Part shown: in pieces, positions 60,903 to 64,000 of the stretch
Numbering within the stretch: position 1 is the stretch's first letter
Layout of the letters: every line of letters begins with the position of its first letter
Origin: Mobula hypostoma
Taxonomy: Eukaryota
Direction: 5' to 3'
Assembly (NCBI RefSeq): GCF_963921235.1
Contig: NC_086106.1
Location: forward strand, 21,390,001 to 21,454,000
DNA length: 64,000 bases
Notes under the pieces: model-generated
Told to the model about the DNA's origin: nothing
What the model saw: the letters and a program-made list of their open reading frames with translations, nothing else
The model's database searches: none
Made by a program: the position numbers and the translations under genes

Positions 60903-63900
60903 TCATAGAATATAGAGTAGTACAGGAAAGTACAGGCCGTCGGGCCCACAATGTTGTGCCGACCCTCAAACCCTGCCTCCCATATAAGACCCCACATTAA
61001 ATTCCTCCATATACCTGTCTAGTAGTCTATTAAACTTCACTAGTGTACCTGCCTCCACCACTGACTCAGGCAGTGTATTCCACGCACCAACCACTCCCTG
61101 AGTAAAAAACCTTCCTCTAATATCTCCCTTGAACTTCCCACCCCTTACCTTAAAACCATGTCCTCTTGTATTGAGCAGTGGTGCCCTGGGGAAGAGGCGC
61201 TAGCTATCCACTCTATCTATTCCTCTTATTATCTTGTACAGCTCTTTCATGTCTCCTCTCGTCCTCCTTCTGTCCAAAGAGTGAAGCCCTAGCTCCCTTA
61301 ATCTCTGATCATAATGCATACTTTCTAAACCAGGCAGCATCTTGGTAAAGCTCCTCTCTACCCTTTCCAAGCTTCCACATTCTTCCTATTGTGAAGAGAC
61401 CAGAACTGGACACAGTACTCCATCCACCTGTGAGGTAACTTGCAGGGATCTGTGACCATGTACCCCGAGATCCCTCTGCTCCTCCACACTGCCAAGTACC
61501 CTGCCATTTACTTTGTACTCTGCTTTGGAGTTTGTGCTTCCAAAGTGTACCACCTCAAACGTCTCCGTGTTGAACTCCATCTGCCACTTTTCAGTCCACT
61601 TCTGCATCCTATCAATGTCTCTCTGCAATCTTTGACAATCCGTTATACTATCTGCAAAACCAACAAGCATTGTGTCGTCTGGAAAACTGCCAACCCACCC
61701 TTCTACCCCCATATCCAGGTCGTTAATAAAACCACTAAAAGCAGAGGCCCCAGAACAGATCCTTGTGGGACACCGTTAGTAACAATCCTCCAATCTGAAT
61801 GTACTCCCTCCACCACCACTCTCTGCCTTCTGCAGGCAAGCCAATTCTGAATCCACCTGGCCAAACCTCCCTGGATACCATGCCTTCTAACTTTCTGAAT
61901 GAAACTACCGTGTGGAACCTTGTCGAATGCCTTACTAAAATCCATTTAGATCACATCCACTGCACTGCCCTCATCTATATGCATGGTCACGTCCTCAAAT
62001 AACTCTGTCTGGCTTGTTAGACACGACCTGCCCTGCACAAAGTCATGCTGACTGTCCTTGATCAGGCCATGATTCTTCAAATGCCTATAGATCCTATCTC
62101 TAATAATCTTTTCCAACAGCCTCCCAACCACAGACGTAAGGCTCACTGGTCTATAATTACCCGGACTATCCCTACTAACTTTTTTGAACAAGGGGACAGC
62201 ATTCGTCTCCCTCCAATCCTCCGGTAGCATTCCCTTGGACAACGAGGACATAAACATCCTAGCCAGAGGTTCAGCAATTTCTTCCCTCGCCTCGTGGAGC
62301 AGCCTGGAGAATATTCCGTCAGCCACCGGGGACTTATCTGTCCTAATGCATTTTAACAACTACAACAACTTCTCTCCCTTAATATCAGCATGCCCCAGAA
62401 CATTAACCTCACTCATATTGTCCTCACCATTATCAAGTTCCCTCTCATTGTTGCAAACCGAGGAGAACTATTCATTGAAGACCTCTCTCACTTCCACATC
62501 CTCCAAGCACATTTATTTCTAATCGGTCCTACCTTCACTCCTGACATCCTTTCTTTCTTCACATAATTGAAAAATCCCTTGGGATTTTCCTTTACCCTAC
62601 TCACGAAGGCCTTCTCATGCCCCCTTCTTGTTCTTCTCAGCCCCTTCTTAAGCTCCTTTCTTGCTTCCCTATATTCCTCAACAGACCCATCTGATCCTTG
62701 CTTCATAGACCTCATGTATGCTGCTGCCTTCTTCCACCTGACTAGATTTTCCACCTCACTTGTTACCCATGGTTCCTTCACCCTGGCATTCTTTATCTTC
62801 CTCACCGGGACAAATTTATCCCTAACATCCCGCAAGAGATCTCTAAACATCGACCACATATCCATAGTACATTTCCCTGCAAAAACATCATCCCAATTCA
62901 CACCCGCAAGTTCTAGCCTTATAGCCTCATAATTTGCTTTTCCCCAAATAAAAAAACATCCTGTTCTCTCTGATTCTATCGTTTTCCATGATAATGCTAA
63001 AGGCCAGGCAGCGGTGGTCACTGTCCCCCAGATGCATTGAGAGATCTGTGACCTTACCCGGTTCATTACCTCGTAATAGGTCTAGTATGGCATTCCCCCT
63101 GGTCGGACTGTCCACATACTGTGACAGGAATCCGTCCTGGACACACAGTTAACAAACGCTGTCCCATCTATACCCTTGGAACTATTCAGCTGTCAATCAA
63201 TATCCGGGAAGTTAAAATCACCCATGCTAGCAACTCTGTTATTTTTGCACCTTTCCAAAATCTGCCTCCCAATCTGCTCCTCTGTATCTCTGCTGCTACC
63301 AGGGTCCTATAGAATACCCCCAGTAGAGTAACTGCTCCTTCCTGTTCCTGACCTCCACCCATATTGACTCACAAGAGGATCCTGCTACATTACTCACCCA
63401 TTCCTGTAGCGGTAATAGTATCCCTGACCAGTAATGCCACCCCTCCGCCCCCCGCCCCACCCCCCGTTCCGCACTCTCTACCTCTTTTCAAACACTGAAA
63501 TCCAGGAATATTGAGAATCCCTTCCTGCGCAGGTGCCAGCATGTCTCTGTAATGGTCACTACATCATACATCGTATGTATCCAAGCTCTCAGTTCATTAC
63601 CTTTGTTCCTGATGCTTCTTGCATTGAGGTACGCACATTTCAGCCCTTCTACCTTACTTTCTTGACACAGTTTGTACTGCTTCTCTTTCCTCAAAGCCTC
63701 TCTCTATGTTAGATTGGCTTTACTCCATGCAGTTCTTTCACTGCTGTATCGCTCTGGGTCCCATCCCCCCGCAAATTATTTTAAACCCTCCCGAACCACG
63801 CTAGCAAACTTCCCTGCAAGGATATTGCTCCCCCTCGAGTTCAGATGCAACCCATCCAATCTGTACAGGTCCCACCTTCCCCAGATGAGATCCCAATGAT

Positions 63901-64000
63901 CTAAAAATCTAAAACCCTGCTTCCTGCAGCAACTCCTCAGCCACCCAGTCAACTGCCATCTCCTCCAATTCTTACCATCACTGTCTCGTAGCACTGACAG
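60903..64000 (-). mobile_element. CR1 LINE, decayed, extending past the window end (ORF1 esterase, APE, RT)
   Basis: DGLHLNSRG (63776-63994), YLNARSIRNK, PGNYRPVSLTSVVG, DFSKAFDKVPH, PQGSVLGP fragments; tail at left. Confidence 0.93.

Overview
Eukaryotic, transposon-rich DNA from a cartilaginous fish (shark or ray; species not determinable by eye). It is part of an antigen-receptor locus. The minus strand carries four tandemly duplicated cassettes with NAR-TCR architecture: leader, IgNAR-like V with 22-bp-spacer RSS, one D flanked by 12-bp RSSs, J with 23-bp RSS, then a leaderless supporting TCR-delta V with 23-bp RSS. Only cassette 3 (34012-36778) is intact in every part: open frames, in-phase splice sites, CAC-type RSSs, and a matching pair of non-canonical cysteines. 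Cassettes 1, 2 and 4 are pseudogenes with shared lesions, so a dead cassette appears to have been re-duplicated. The rest is CR1 LINEs, Penelope-like elements (one with an intact minimal hammerhead ribozyme motif), two decayed Chapaev-like DNA transposons, a Gypsy-type solo LTR, a two-LTR element with a ~190-bp internal stub, microsatellites and two N gaps. Two weaker Ig-domain relics lie at ~54.5 kb (+ strand) and ~57.6-58.8 kb (tandem pair). All coordinates, spacer counts and translations were done by hand; family names come from motif recognition, not database searches.
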